Positions 20,901-32,303 of a DNA stretch of 64,000 nt are shown here, piece after piece. The stretch comes from Candidatus Moraniibacteriota bacterium (GTDB lineage Bacteria > Patescibacteriota > Minisyncoccia > Moranbacterales > GCA-2747515), in contig CP065011.1 of the NCBI GenBank assembly GCA_016699795.1, forward strand, positions 546,474 through 610,473, given 5' to 3'. The notes under the pieces were generated by a model. It searched no databases. It was not told where the DNA came from and was given only the letters and a program-made list of their open reading frames with translations. Positions within the stretch are counted from its first letter, which is position 1, and the number at the start of each line of letters is the position of its first letter. A program made the translations under genes and the position numbers.

Positions 20901-23900
20901 GTGAGAAAGAAGTTTAAAAAAAAATCATTTCTTCACTTCTCCCTCCCTGTATTCTCTGGGATTTTTCTTTTTCTCTTTTTTTCTTTTTCTTCTCCTACTC
21001 ATGCTTCCACTGTAACCTGGACAGGAACAACAAGCACTGCTTGGACTACAGTAACGAACTGGAATACAGGAACTGTTCCTACAAGCACAGATGATGTTGT
21101 TATAAATTACACAGGAACGAATCAACCTACACTCGATGTAAATGGTGGAACCATTACTATACAATCTCTTACTCTTGGAGGAGGAGCATCAACTTCTACT
21201 CTTACGCTTTCTTATGGATCGCCTACAAACAAATTTATTGTTACGGGGAATGTAACGATTCTTGATAAAGGGTATCTTACGCATCCCTTTAATGATTCTG
21301 TAGAAACGCATAGACTCTTTATGGATGTCGGAGGAAATCTCGATGTTCAAACCGGAGGACAGATTAATGTGGATGGGAAGGGGTATAGTGGTGGTCCAGG
21401 ATTTGGTACATATGGGGGATCTTATGGAGGACAAAGTGCTACCGGAGGAACTATGGGGATAACATATGGGTCTTACTTAAATCCTGAAAATATTGGGAGT
21501 GGAGGGACTTCTATAAGTGGAGCTGGCTCTGTCATTCTTAATGTTACCGGCTCTGTTTTTTTAAATGGCTCCATAACTACAATAGGTTCTGATAGGGGTG
21601 CTTCTGCTGGATCTGGAGGGTCTGTAAATATTTCAACAACAACTTTTTCAGGTGCGGGAGTGATAAAGGCGAATGGAGGTGGTGCTAATGGTGGAGGTGG
21701 TCGCGTTGCTGTAAAACTTACAAGTGGAAATGACTTTGGATCGGTTACAATGCAAGCATATGGAACAGCAACTGGAACTATTTATACCGAAACCGCAAGT
21801 CAAGGATCAGGAAATGGAACGGTGATTATTGATAATAATAATCGAGCATCATCTGTATTTACTGTAATTCCATCTACCCAAACATGGACCATTAAAAATC
21901 TTGTTCTAAGAAACAAAGGGCAAATTAGTGTCCCCACAGGAACGACTCTTATTCTTGACAATCCCAACTCTGTAACCGGACTTGCTGGATCATCAGCAAT
22001 AGATAGTGGCATTGCTCTTCGAGGAGGAACCTTCGATCTTCCCCAAGGATTGCTCAATATTGAAAACTGGGCACTTATTGCAGATCTTCCTCATACACTC
22101 AATGGAGATATTATCGTCAAATCCGGAGGATATATGACTCATAGTGCTAATGGAAGTACCGAACTCTATAAAATGAATCTTACGATTAATGGGAATCTCG
22201 ATGTTCAAACCGGAGGACAGATTAATGTGGATGGGAAGGGGTATAGTGGTGGTCCAGGATTTGGTACATATGGGGGATCTTATGGAGGACAAAGTGCTAC
22301 CGGAGGAACTATGGGGATAACATATGGGTCTTACTTAAATCCTGAAAATATTGGGAGTGGAGGGACTTCTATAAGTGGAGCTGGCTCTGTCATTCTTAAT
22401 GTTACCGGCTCTGTTTTTTTAAATGGCTCCATAACTACAATAGGTTCTGATAGGGGTGCTTCTGCTGGATCTGGAGGGTCTGTAAATATTTCAACAACAA
22501 CTTTTTCAGGTGCGGGAGTGATAAAGGCGAATGGAGGTGGTGCTAATGGTGGAGGTGGTCGCGTTGCTGTAAAACTTACAAGTGGAAATGACTTTGGATC
22601 GGTTACAATGCAAGCATATGGAACAGCAACTGGAACTATTTATACCGAAACCGCAAGTCAAGGATCAGGAAATGGAACGGTGATTATTGATAATAATAAT
22701 CGAGCATCATCTGTATTTACTGTAATTCCATCTACCCAAACATGGACCATTAAAAATCTTGTTCTAAGAAACAAAGGGCAAATTAGTGTTCCCACAGGAA
22801 CCACTCTTGATCTTACTAATGCAACTATTACCAATGATGGACTCGGAACAAGTGGAATCAATGTAAATGGAGGAACTCTTTTAACTCCCGAAACAGTTAC
22901 CGTAAATGGAATATTCCTAAACATTACAGCTCCACAAACTATAAATGGAAATCTTATTCTTGGTGGGGGATCTACAACATCTACACTTACTGTAAGTAAT
23001 GGTTCTCCCACAAATAAATTCACCGTTACCGGAAATGTTACTATTGCCAACAATGGTTATCTTACCCACACAGCAAACACAAATGCAGAAACCCATAGAC
23101 TCTTCATGGATGTCGGAGGAAATCTCGATGTTCAAATTGGAGGAAAGATTAATGTGGATGGGAGGGGATATGGGGCGGGGTATGGACCGGGAATTTGTAA
23201 ATACAATAATACTTTTACTGCTTCATATGGAGGAAATAATATAGTGGATTGTGGCGGATTTGTTTACGGATCTCTTTATAATCCAGTTAATTTAGGAACT
23301 GGAGGGAATAATAATTCAGGGGGGGGGATCTATTGTTTTGAATGTTGCTGAATCAGTAATTATTTCTGGCTCAGTAACAGCAAATTCTGGATCTTCAAGT
23401 AATACAGGCACAGGAGGATCTATTAATATAATTACTGGAAGCATAAGTGGTTCAGGATCTTTAAAGGCAAATATGATTTCTAATGCTGGCGGAAGCAGTG
23501 GTGGTCGCATCGCCGTTAAACTTACTTCAGGAAATGATTTTGGGTCGATTGTAATGCAGGTATTTGGAGGACCCTCAGGATGTGGAGCTTTTCCTTGTGG
23601 AACCGCAGCAGCCGGCACTATCTACACTGAAACTGCCTCTCAAGGCCCCAACAATGGCACCCTCACCATAGACAATAACAATCAAACAGCTACCGTCCAA
23701 ACCCTCATCCCCCAAGACAACTTCACCAACAACTCCCTCTCCCTTGGAAACATCATTGTAAAAAACAAAGGACTTCTTGCCATTCCTACAGGAACCACTC
23801 TTAACACTACAGGAGACATAACCATAGGAACTCTTAACTCTTCTACTGACACCTCACACATAGTAGCCAATGGAACAGGAACTCTCATTTCTACCAATCT

Positions 23901-26900
23901 CACTATTCATGGAGTAAGTGGTACAGGAGCATCCATAAACACCAACACGAAAGGTTACACTCCTACTCTTGGAACAGGAGCAGGAACAACAGGCTCTCTT
24001 GGATATGGATCAGGAGGAACATATGGAGGAAGAGGAGGAAATAGTAGTGATGGAGCAACTTCCCCTAACACCTATGGAAATGACTTTGTTCCCGAAGATC
24101 TTGGAAGTGGAGGAGGAAAGTCTACAGGAGGAACAGGAGGAGGAGATATACGAATCAGAACGAATAACAATCTCAACCTCTATGGAACCATATCCAGTAA
24201 CGGTAGCGCTGGACTCACCAATGGTGGAGGAGGATCAGGAGGATCTATAAACATACTCTATGCAAAAAACTTCACCATAAACGGTGGAAAGCTTCAAGCC
24301 AATGGTGGGGCGGGACAAGGTGGTGGAGGAGGAGGGGGAGGAGGAAGAATCGCCTATGCCTATGAAAACAAAACATTTACCAATCAAACGATTCAAACAC
24401 TCGGAGGAACAAAAGGAGCTACCGCACCTGCAACTGATGGAAGCGCAGGTTCACTTAAATCTGGATACCTTGCTGGTTCTCTTATCTCTTCAGCATTTGA
24501 TTCCAGTAGTGATGCTAATGTCATGGGAACAATAGAATGGAAAGAAAATGAAATACTCCCAACAGGTTCTTCAGTAACTCTTTCTCTCAAAACTGCAGGA
24601 ACGAAAGGAAATCTTTCTTCTTCCCCCTGGATACAAATAGCACAATCTACTCCCTCTTCTCTTACTACACATTGTACAAAAAACAATACAACGGTAAGTT
24701 GCACAGCCAGTGCTATCCCTCAAGATATGAAAGATATCTTTGAAGATCGCTTCTTTCAATACAAAGTAGATCTTTCTTCTCCTGACCTTCTTTCTCAACC
24801 TCAAGTCGATGATGTAAAAGTAGGCTATGTTGTGAATGCTTTCCCTATGATTCAAAATGTAACCACTACTCCCAATACTGATAAAACAGTAACTATCACG
24901 TACGAAACAAAAGATGAAGATACCAATACCGGAACCAATACTCCAGGAATAGTTACTCCGAGCTTTGAATACTACAATGGAAGTAGTTGGATCAATATCG
25001 CTTCCAATACTCTAGCTCCCGAAGATATACAAAACAAAACAGTGAATCAAGATACGTACACAACACACAGTGCTACCTGGACTCCTTCTCTCGTAAGTGA
25101 ATCTTTCTATCTTACCAATGCAAAAATCCGTGTAACCGTAAGTGACAATGAAGGAGCGAATAATATCGCACGAGCTGAATCAAATACCTTTACCCTCGAT
25201 ACAAAAACTCCCACCAATCCCTCCCTCCTTGTTGATGCTTCCACTCAAGACCTCACCATTCCCTCCACCACATCTGTTCTTACTCTTGGAGTCAGTGATG
25301 ACTCTCCAACACAGATGAAGATTTCTCTTGACGAAAACCTTACCAACTCTCCTTGGGAACCTTTTAATGCAACGGTAACAATAAAACTCGAAACTGATCC
25401 CGACATTGTCTATACTCGCTTCAAAGATCAATACGGGAATGAAACACAAACCATACACACAACTACTCCAGAAACTCCTACACGAGTCATTTCTCAAGAT
25501 ACGAGTAATATGCTTCTTACCCCTCCAGAATACCGAGCCTTCGTAGGATTCAAAACAATAGAAGAACCTCCAACAGGATTCGGAAACTACAAACTCTATA
25601 GAAGTGATGACGCTACTACCTATACGCTTCAAAATATCATAACCTCAAGAACAACAAACTTCCTTACTGATGCTACCCCACAACCAGACATTCTCTACAC
25701 CTACAAAGCAAAGACAACAGACACACCAGGAAATGTTTCTTTCTTCTCACAAACCGTTACGATGAAAGCAAATGGTATTCAAGACTTCGGAGAAGGTGGA
25801 GGAGGATCAGATCAAACCCCTCCTGTTCTACAAAACGTAACCGTAGAATCTAAAGACACCACAACCGTAACTATCACATGGGAAACAGATGAACTCTCTG
25901 ACTCTCGTGTAGAATATGCAACCACTCCCAACACCTATACCAAACAAACAGGAGTCTCTACCTATGCTGACACCCAAGCACAATCAGGACTTCATAGAGT
26001 CACTCTTACCAACCTCACACCAAACACTCCCTACTTCTTTAGAGTTGCCTCTACTGATCCTCAAGGCAATACCGGAGTCAATGACAATAATGGCAATGGA
26101 TATGAAGTCACAACGAATCCTGGACCTTCTATCAGTGGTGTAGCGGTATCAAGTGCTTCTAACACACAAGCAACCATATTCTGGAATACGAATGTCCCTG
26201 CAGACTCTGTACTCCATTACAGTGAAAACAAGAATGGATCTCTTATCGATCCTATCACTCTCTCCGGATCAAGTGTTCTTACAAAAAATCATCAAGTAAC
26301 CTTAGATGCTCTTACTCAAGGAACCACCTACTATTTCTACGTTACCTCCACCGACTCACAAGGAAACATTGCCAATGACAATAATGGAGGAAACTATTTT
26401 CAATTCTCTACAACACTCGACGAAACACCTCCTACCATAACGAATCTTCAAACATCTCTTATCTCAAATGACAAAGCAGTTATTACAGCAAACACAGATG
26501 AAGAAGCATCCTTCCTCCTTCAGTACAGAAAAAAAGGAAGCCTTACCTTCACACAAACAGAACAAGGAACAACATACGATAGATCTCACTACAGGGTACT
26601 CGATACTCTTACTCCTGATACAGAGTATGAATATCAAGTGAGTGTTAAAGATATCAATCAAAACGAATCACAGAGTGATATACAAACAATGAAAACAACC
26701 TTAGATCCAGAATACAATCATGCACCTCTTTCAAAGATTCATACTATCAGTGATCCTCCTAAAGTACTCACTGATCAAAAAGCAGTCATAACCTTCCAGA
26801 CGGATCAAGCAGCAAACTGCATCCTTGAATATGGAACCCAATCAAGAAACTACCAAGAAGTTCCTCAAACAGAAGCGACAGGAATCTATGACACACTCCA

Positions 26901-28257
26901 TTCCCTGCATCTTGGAGGACTCATCTTTAACACAACCTACTTCTACAAACTTCTTTGTGAAGATAATCTTGGAACCCTCATAGAGAGTGAAGAAAAAAGC
27001 TTCACAACAAAACTCAAACAAGTAGACAGTGGAAGTGAACAAGCAGAATCTACTCCTCCCTCTATCTCAGGAGTCAAAGTCAAAGACATTACAGGAGAGA
27101 GTGCAGTCGTCAGTTGGGAGACGGATGAAGTTTCAAACTCACAGGTGAGGTATGGGACGACGAAGGAATTCGGGTCTGGGTCAATAGACGACACAGTCAA
27201 CTCCTCCCTCCAAAACTACACCACCTCCCACTCCGTAACTCTCCGAGGCCTCATCCCATCTACCAAATACTACTACTCCGCCCTCTCTCTCGACACCGCC
27301 GGAAACATAGGCACCTCCTCCCAACAAACCTTCCAAACGCAATCTCCTTCTTCCATCTCTTCCATTAAAGCTTCTTCCAAACAAATAGGGGAAACAACTA
27401 TCACATGGAAAACTTCCACTCCCACTACCTCTATTGTTGAATATGGAAACACAGAAAACTATGGACAAACAAGAAAAAGTGAAGAACTCAAAAAAGATCA
27501 TGAAATTATCATAAACAATCTTTTAGAAAACTCTACCTACCACTTCCGAGTAAAAGGAGAAGATGAATCAAAAAATCTCTTCTCTTCTTCCGACTCTACC
27601 TTTGAACCAAAGTCTCCACCACAAATCAAAGAAATCAAGATAGAAGTTCTTTCAGACAGAGAAGCAAAAGTAAACTTCCTTACTGATACTCTTACCGACT
27701 CTCTTGTAACCTACAAAAACAAAAACAAAGAAGAAGATCAAAAGAGTGAAGGAAATCCCTCCCTCCTCCAAACTCACTCCCTCACCCTCAAAGAACTCAC
27801 TCCTGGAGAAAACTACGTTCTTACTGTACGAGTCAGAGATGATATGGGAAATGAAACTCTCTCTGATGAGATAGAATTCACTATGCAAAAAGATGAAACT
27901 TCTCCTACAGTAGAAAGAGTCTCTACCGACTCCGCTCTTTCACAAAACGGAAAAGTACAAATGATTATTAACTGGCAAACAGATGAAGATGCTTCTTCCT
28001 CCCTCATCTACAAAGAAGGAAGAGCAGGAGAAGAAAAAACAGTGAATGTAAGTTCTTCCCCAACAAAGAATCACATCATTGTACTCACCTCTTGGAAACC
28101 AGGAACTCTCTACTCTTACAAAGTCATAGTAAAAGATCTGAGTGGGAATGAAACCATAACCAAAGACTACATCACCCTTACACCACAAACAAAAGAATCT
28201 GTTGTAGAACTCATCATAAAGAACTTCAAAGAAATCTTTGCTTGGACGGGAGGGTAG
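20901..28257 (+). CDS. Giant secreted surface protein (~2450 aa if joined) split into ORFs 20901..23351 and 23338..28257 by a frameshift at a G9 tract. It has a signal peptide, a thrice-repeated Gly-rich beta-helix-like module and about eight FN3/purple-acid-phosphatase-N-like domains.
   Basis: The module continues across the frame break: ..NLGTGGNNNSGGG|SIVLNVAESVI.. parallels the earlier ..NIGSGGTSISGAGSVILNVTGSVF.. FN3-like units have the form TITWETDELSDSRVEYATT...HRVTLTNLTPNTPYFFRVAS. Confidence 0.75.
21333..22798 (+). repeat. Exact in-frame tandem duplication, period 858 bp (286 codons). About 605 bp is 100% identical between the copies. A diverged third copy begins near 23090.
   Basis: aatctcgatgttcaaaccggaggacagattaatgtggatgggaaggggtatagtgg... 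recurs at 21335 and 22193. Protein segment NLDVQTGGQINVDGKGY...KNLVLRNKGQISVPTGTTL is duplicated. Confidence 0.9.
23319..23327 (+). repeat. Homopolymeric G9 tract at the frame break of the giant gene
   Basis: ttcagggggggggatc. With G8 (or G11) the two ORFs fuse in frame. Confidence 0.85.
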
Positions 28258-28462
28258 GAGGGGAGAGAATGAATCCTTTCTCTCTTGTTTCCCTTGTGAA
28301 GGTGGGGGTCTATTTGATCCATTAGAACTTGAGGATTTCTTATTTTTTTAGAAACCGTATAGAAACTTTATCGTTTTATAAAAATGAGATATACTTTAGG
28401 AAGAAAGAAATACTTTTCTTGCAGGTTAGGTTATTTTTTCAAAAAAATAGAATATAAAGCGT

Positions 28463-31400
28463 ATGGTTCAAGTTATTCGCGGACAGGCAAAAGATGATAC
28501 ACGACAAGAGCGAACATTCCTTGCTAAAAAGGTCATGGAAAAGATGCGGAGTCGGAGCGAAGAAGAGCAAGCCTCTTTATTAGCTCAAAGTCTAGGTTTT
28601 CCTTATGTGGACCTTAATATTATACCAATCAATACCGACTATGTCCGACTTATGTCTGTAAAGATGGCGTTGGAAAATGAAACGGGAATATTTTTGCGAA
28701 GAGCTCATGTAATTTATGCTGTTTTGACGAGACTAGATAATGAAAATGCAAAAAAAGTTGTTCAAGAAATAGCTGATGAGAATGGATGGACAGTTTTGTG
28801 GCATATTGTATCAAAAACTTCCCTCATACGTTTACATGAGCGATATAAGAAATTCTCTTTTTTTGAGAGCATTGACAACATGAAGCTCGATCTTTCTGCT
28901 GATGATTTTTCTGCATTGCAAAAAAAGTTTTCTGATATACTGGCACTCAAAAAAAATATCCTTAGCATGACAACAACGCAAACACTTTCTCTTGTGGTTG
29001 CAAGTGCTGTTTCTCTGAGGGCAAGTGATATTCATTTTGAGCCCCAAGATGAAGGTGTTCGTATGCGTTATCGTTTGGATGGTGTCTTACAAGATATTGG
29101 AATACTTCCATTTGAATCATATAAATACATTGTTTCTCGTATAAAGATGATGGGAAACATGAAATTAAATATTCGAAAAAGTTCTCAAGACGGACACTTT
29201 TCCTTCGAAGTAAATAATCAAGAAACAGGCATTACAAAACATCGTATTGATATTCGAGCAAGTTTATTACCGAGTCGATTTGGAGAAACGTTGGTAATGC
29301 GTATTTTGGATCAGAAGGGTGTTTTTTTGGATATAGCAGAATTGGGTCTTCGTGGTTATGCTTTTGAGCAACTACAAGAACAGATGAAAAGAACGAGTGG
29401 AATGGTTATAACGACAGGGCCAACCGGATCAGGAAAAACAACACTTCTTTATAGTATTCTCAAACAACTCAATGAACCGGGGGTAAAAATAATAACCATA
29501 GAAGATCCTGTGGAATATGAAGTAAAAAACATATCCCAAACGAACGTTTCCAAAGAAGATGGCTATACTTTTTCAACAGGATTACGCTCTATCGTTCGTC
29601 AAGATCCTGATATTATTCTTGTTGGAGAAATCCGTGATGATGATACTGCAAATATTGCTATTCAAGCAGCTCTTACAGGACACTTTGTTCTTTCTACTTT
29701 GCATACAAATAGTGCTGCGGGTTCTATACCAAGACTTATTAATCTTGGTGTAAAACCATCACTCATACCATCTTCTGTAAATGCTTTTATAGCACAACGT
29801 TTGGTTAGAAAATTATGTTTAGACTGTAGGGAATCATATGCTCCTGCGGAGAAAACAAAAGAAATGATTACAAAAATCATCGCTCTTATCTCACCAAAAG
29901 CTAGTGTGGCAATCCCAGCGTCATTGGAAGTCCTCTATAGACCAAAAGGTTGTTTGAAATGTAATTATACTGGATATAAAGGAAGAATAGGAATTTTTGA
30001 AATACTTTTTGTAACAGAGGGTATTGTGCAAAAAATAGAGGAATTAGCTTCAGAAATGGAAATTACAACAGCTGCTATTGAGGATGGAATGATTACTATG
30101 ACGCAAGATGGTATTCTTAAGGCTGTTGAGGGTATTACTTCTATGGAAGAAGTGTGGAGAGTGGGAGGACAATTTCAGTTTCTTGAAGATGTATATGAAA
30201 AATTAATGATGAGTTATCTTAACCGAGCTCTTTATATACCCTACACAATGCACAAAGAGATTCAGGATGCCGTTAGTACAGTTTCAAGCTTTCAGTCACA
30301 TATAGAAACCGCCCCTTCAGAAGAATTTTTTCAGAGAATTGTTTCGTATGCAGTATCTCTTGGAGCAGAAGATATTCATGTTGAACCAGAAGAGGCTGAT
30401 GTAAATATTCGTTTTCGTATAGATGGTGTATTGCAATCGGTGGCACATCTTCCTATGAGTCATTACCCAGTTTTTTTGGGTAAAATAAAACTTCTTTCTG
30501 GTATAAAAACAGAGGAACTCGCAGGACTTCGTGATAGTCGGTTTACTATAAAAAGGGAATTGGAAAATTCTTTGGATACGGAGTCAATCGATGTTCGTGT
30601 CTCAATTATTTTGGGAGGCTATGGAGAAACCGCCGTGCTTCGTCTTCTTAATATCGGAGCTCAAGCGAAGGATCTTTTTTCTTTGGGTATGAGAAAAGAA
30701 ACTCAACAAAAACTTGAAGAAGCAATGAAGACTCCCAATGGTGTTATCCTTACTACAGGACCAACGGGGTCGGGTAAGTCAACAACGCTTTATAGTATTC
30801 TTTCCAAACTCAATGAACCACATAGAAAAATCATGACTGTGGAAGATCCTATTGAATATAGAATAAGTGGAGTACTTCAAACACAAACAGATGAATCAAA
30901 AGGGTATAGCTTTTCTGTAGCACTTCGAGCACTTCTTCGTCAAAATCCCGATATCATTCTTGTAGGAGAAATTCGTGATGGAGAAACGGCAACTATGGCG
31001 GTACAATCTTCACTTACGGGTCATTTAGTTTTTTCAACATTGCACACAAATGATGCTCCCTCAGCTATACAACGATTATTGAATATGGGAGTTTCCCCTC
31101 AAGACATTGTTGGTGCTATTAATTTCGTTATGGCTCAAAGACTTGTGAGGACGTTGTGTGAATGTAAGCGACAAAGAGAAGCGACAGAGGAGGAGCAACG
31201 AGATATGTACGCTTTTTATTCGCAGTATGCAAAAGTTATAAACTTAAAAACAATGCCAGATTTTTCTCATGTATACGAACCTGTTGGATGTAAAAAATGT
31301 CGAGGAATCGGCTATTCCGGAATGGCTATGATTAGTGAAGGATTCGATATGAAAGACGAAGCCTTCCGAGATATTATTATGAGAGGAGGATCGATTTATG

Positions 31401-31516
31401 AAATTCGTCGAATCGCTATTGAAAATGGAATGATACCAATGGTGGTTGATGGTATTGATAAGGCTATTTCTGGAGTAACAAGTTTGGAAGATGTTCGTCG
31501 TGTGACGGAATTATAA
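28463..31516 (+). CDS. pilB: Tandem-fused double type II/IV secretion ATPase (two complete PilB/GspE modules in one 1017-aa chain)
   Basis: Module 1 has a GspE_N domain, GPTGSGKTT, IITIEDPVEYEV, DPDIILVGEIRD, TGHFVLSTLHTNSA, and CxxC...CxxC. Module 2 has GPTGSGKST, IMTVEDPIEYRI, DPDIILVGEIRD, TGHLVFSTLHTNDA, and CEC...CKKC. Confidence 0.85.
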   Translation: MVQVIRGQAKDDTRQERTFLAKKVMEKMRSRSEEEQASLLAQSLGFPYVDLNIIPINTDYVRLMSVKMALENETGIFLRRAHVIYAVLTRLDNENAKKVVQEIADENGWTVLWHIVSKTSLIRLHERYKKFSFFESIDNMKLDLSADDFSALQKKFSDILALKKNILSMTTTQTLSLVVASAVSLRASDIHFEPQDEGVRMRYRLDGVLQDIGILPFESYKYIVSRIKMMGNMKLNIRKSSQDGHFSFEVNNQETGITKHRIDIRASLLPSRFGETLVMRILDQKGVFLDIAELGLRGYAFEQLQEQMKRTSGMVITTGPTGSGKTTLLYSILKQLNEPGVKIITIEDPVEYEVKNISQTNVSKEDGYTFSTGLRSIVRQDPDIILVGEIRDDDTANIAIQAALTGHFVLSTLHTNSAAGSIPRLINLGVKPSLIPSSVNAFIAQRLVRKLCLDCRESYAPAEKTKEMITKIIALISPKASVAIPASLEVLYRPKGCLKCNYTGYKGRIGIFEILFVTEGIVQKIEELASEMEITTAAIEDGMITMTQDGILKAVEGITSMEEVWRVGGQFQFLEDVYEKLMMSYLNRALYIPYTMHKEIQDAVSTVSSFQSHIETAPSEEFFQRIVSYAVSLGAEDIHVEPEEADVNIRFRIDGVLQSVAHLPMSHYPVFLGKIKLLSGIKTEELAGLRDSRFTIKRELENSLDTESIDVRVSIILGGYGETAVLRLLNIGAQAKDLFSLGMRKETQQKLEEAMKTPNGVILTTGPTGSGKSTTLYSILSKLNEPHRKIMTVEDPIEYRISGVLQTQTDESKGYSFSVALRALLRQNPDIILVGEIRDGETATMAVQSSLTGHLVFSTLHTNDAPSAIQRLLNMGVSPQDIVGAINFVMAQRLVRTLCECKRQREATEEEQRDMYAFYSQYAKVINLKTMPDFSHVYEPVGCKKCRGIGYSGMAMISEGFDMKDEAFRDIIMRGGSIYEIRRIAIENGMIPMVVDGIDKAISGVTSLEDVRRVTEL

Positions 31517-31526
31517 AAACAAAAAG

Positions 31527-31552
31527 CATCCGTATGATATATACGGATGCTC
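31527..31552 (+). terminator. Perfect 10-bp hairpin (GCATCCGTAT-gata-ATACGGATGC) after pilB. No clear T-tract follows.
   Basis: aaagcatccgtatgatatatacggatgctctgg lies 11 nt after the stop. Confidence 0.4.
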
Positions 31553-31841
31553 TGGAAGATTTCCTCATGTGAGAATCCGCGGAAGATCTCCCCCATCTAT
31601 CGACAAAGGAGTTAAGAACAGTTCTCAGGTTTGGCCCAGCTCAGCACCAAGCCGACCTTGAAAGAAAAGTTCCCACCTGAGGAGAAAAGATAGAACTCCC
31701 CAGGGATCCGCGGATTTCCGCATAAGGAAATGAAAAAGGAACAATTTAATGTAGCATATACCCAAAGAGTTGTCAAGACCCTATTGATTTTTTTAGAAAA
31801 GAAGATAAAACTTTAAAGAAATAGAAAGGAGGTGTATTTTT

Positions 31842-32234
31842 ATGGATCAAGAAACTGATAAAAAACAAGAAAATAGCGAGAATATTCAAGAGGCTGAAAT
31901 TGTTTCCGAAAAGAAAGAAAGAACGTTTCAGGGTAATAGCTCACAAAATAATAATCTTATAGCTGCATTGGCATATATCATCTTTTTTATTCCTATTTTA
32001 GTTGCTAAAGAAGATAAATTTGCAATGTATCATGCTAATCAAGGACTCCTTCTTCTTTTGATGGCAATAGGAATTAATGTGGTGGGTACAATTATCCCCA
32101 TTTTCGGATGGTTCCTCATTCTTCCTCTTGGAAATATTTTCGTGCTCGTTCTTACTATTATAGGATTTCTTAGTGCGTATAAAGGAGAAAAGAAACCTCT
32201 TCCACTTATTGGGGGATATACTATTCTCGAATAA
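31842..32234 (+). CDS. Small integral membrane protein (DUF4870-like)
   Basis: 130 aa. Acidic N-terminus followed by three TM helices (ALAYIIFFIPIL..., LLLLLMAIGINVVG..., FVLVLTIIGFLSAY). Confidence 0.35.
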   Translation: MDQETDKKQENSENIQEAEIVSEKKERTFQGNSSQNNNLIAALAYIIFFIPILVAKEDKFAMYHANQGLLLLLMAIGINVVGTIIPIFGWFLILPLGNIFVLVLTIIGFLSAYKGEKKPLPLIGGYTILE

Positions 32235-32249
32235 AAGTTTTCTGTAAGC

Positions 32250-32280
32250 AAAAAGTCCGCTCGAAATAGCGGACTTTTTG
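32250..32280 (+). terminator. Rho-independent terminator
   Basis: aaaAGTCCGCTcgaaatAGCGGACTttttgttttt: 8-bp GC-rich stem plus a T-tract. Confidence 0.75.
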
Positions 32281-32303
32281 TTTTTATGGTATTATAAAAA
32301 CCT

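Noticed and set aside
21333-23200. Large exact repeats, considered as a CRISPR array or an IS element.
   Set aside because: The repeats are 600+ bp long and in frame within a protein-coding gene. They lack short spacers or inverted terminal repeats and encode a duplicated protein module.
31553-31740. Assignment of the GC-rich structured element to a known RNA family (SRP RNA, RNase P RNA, tmRNA, 6S).
   Set aside because: None of the conserved signature sequences I can recall (SRP domain IV GGAAGCAGCC-type loop, RNase P P4 GGAAAGUCCGG, tmRNA tRNA-like end) are present. It is left as an unclassified candidate.
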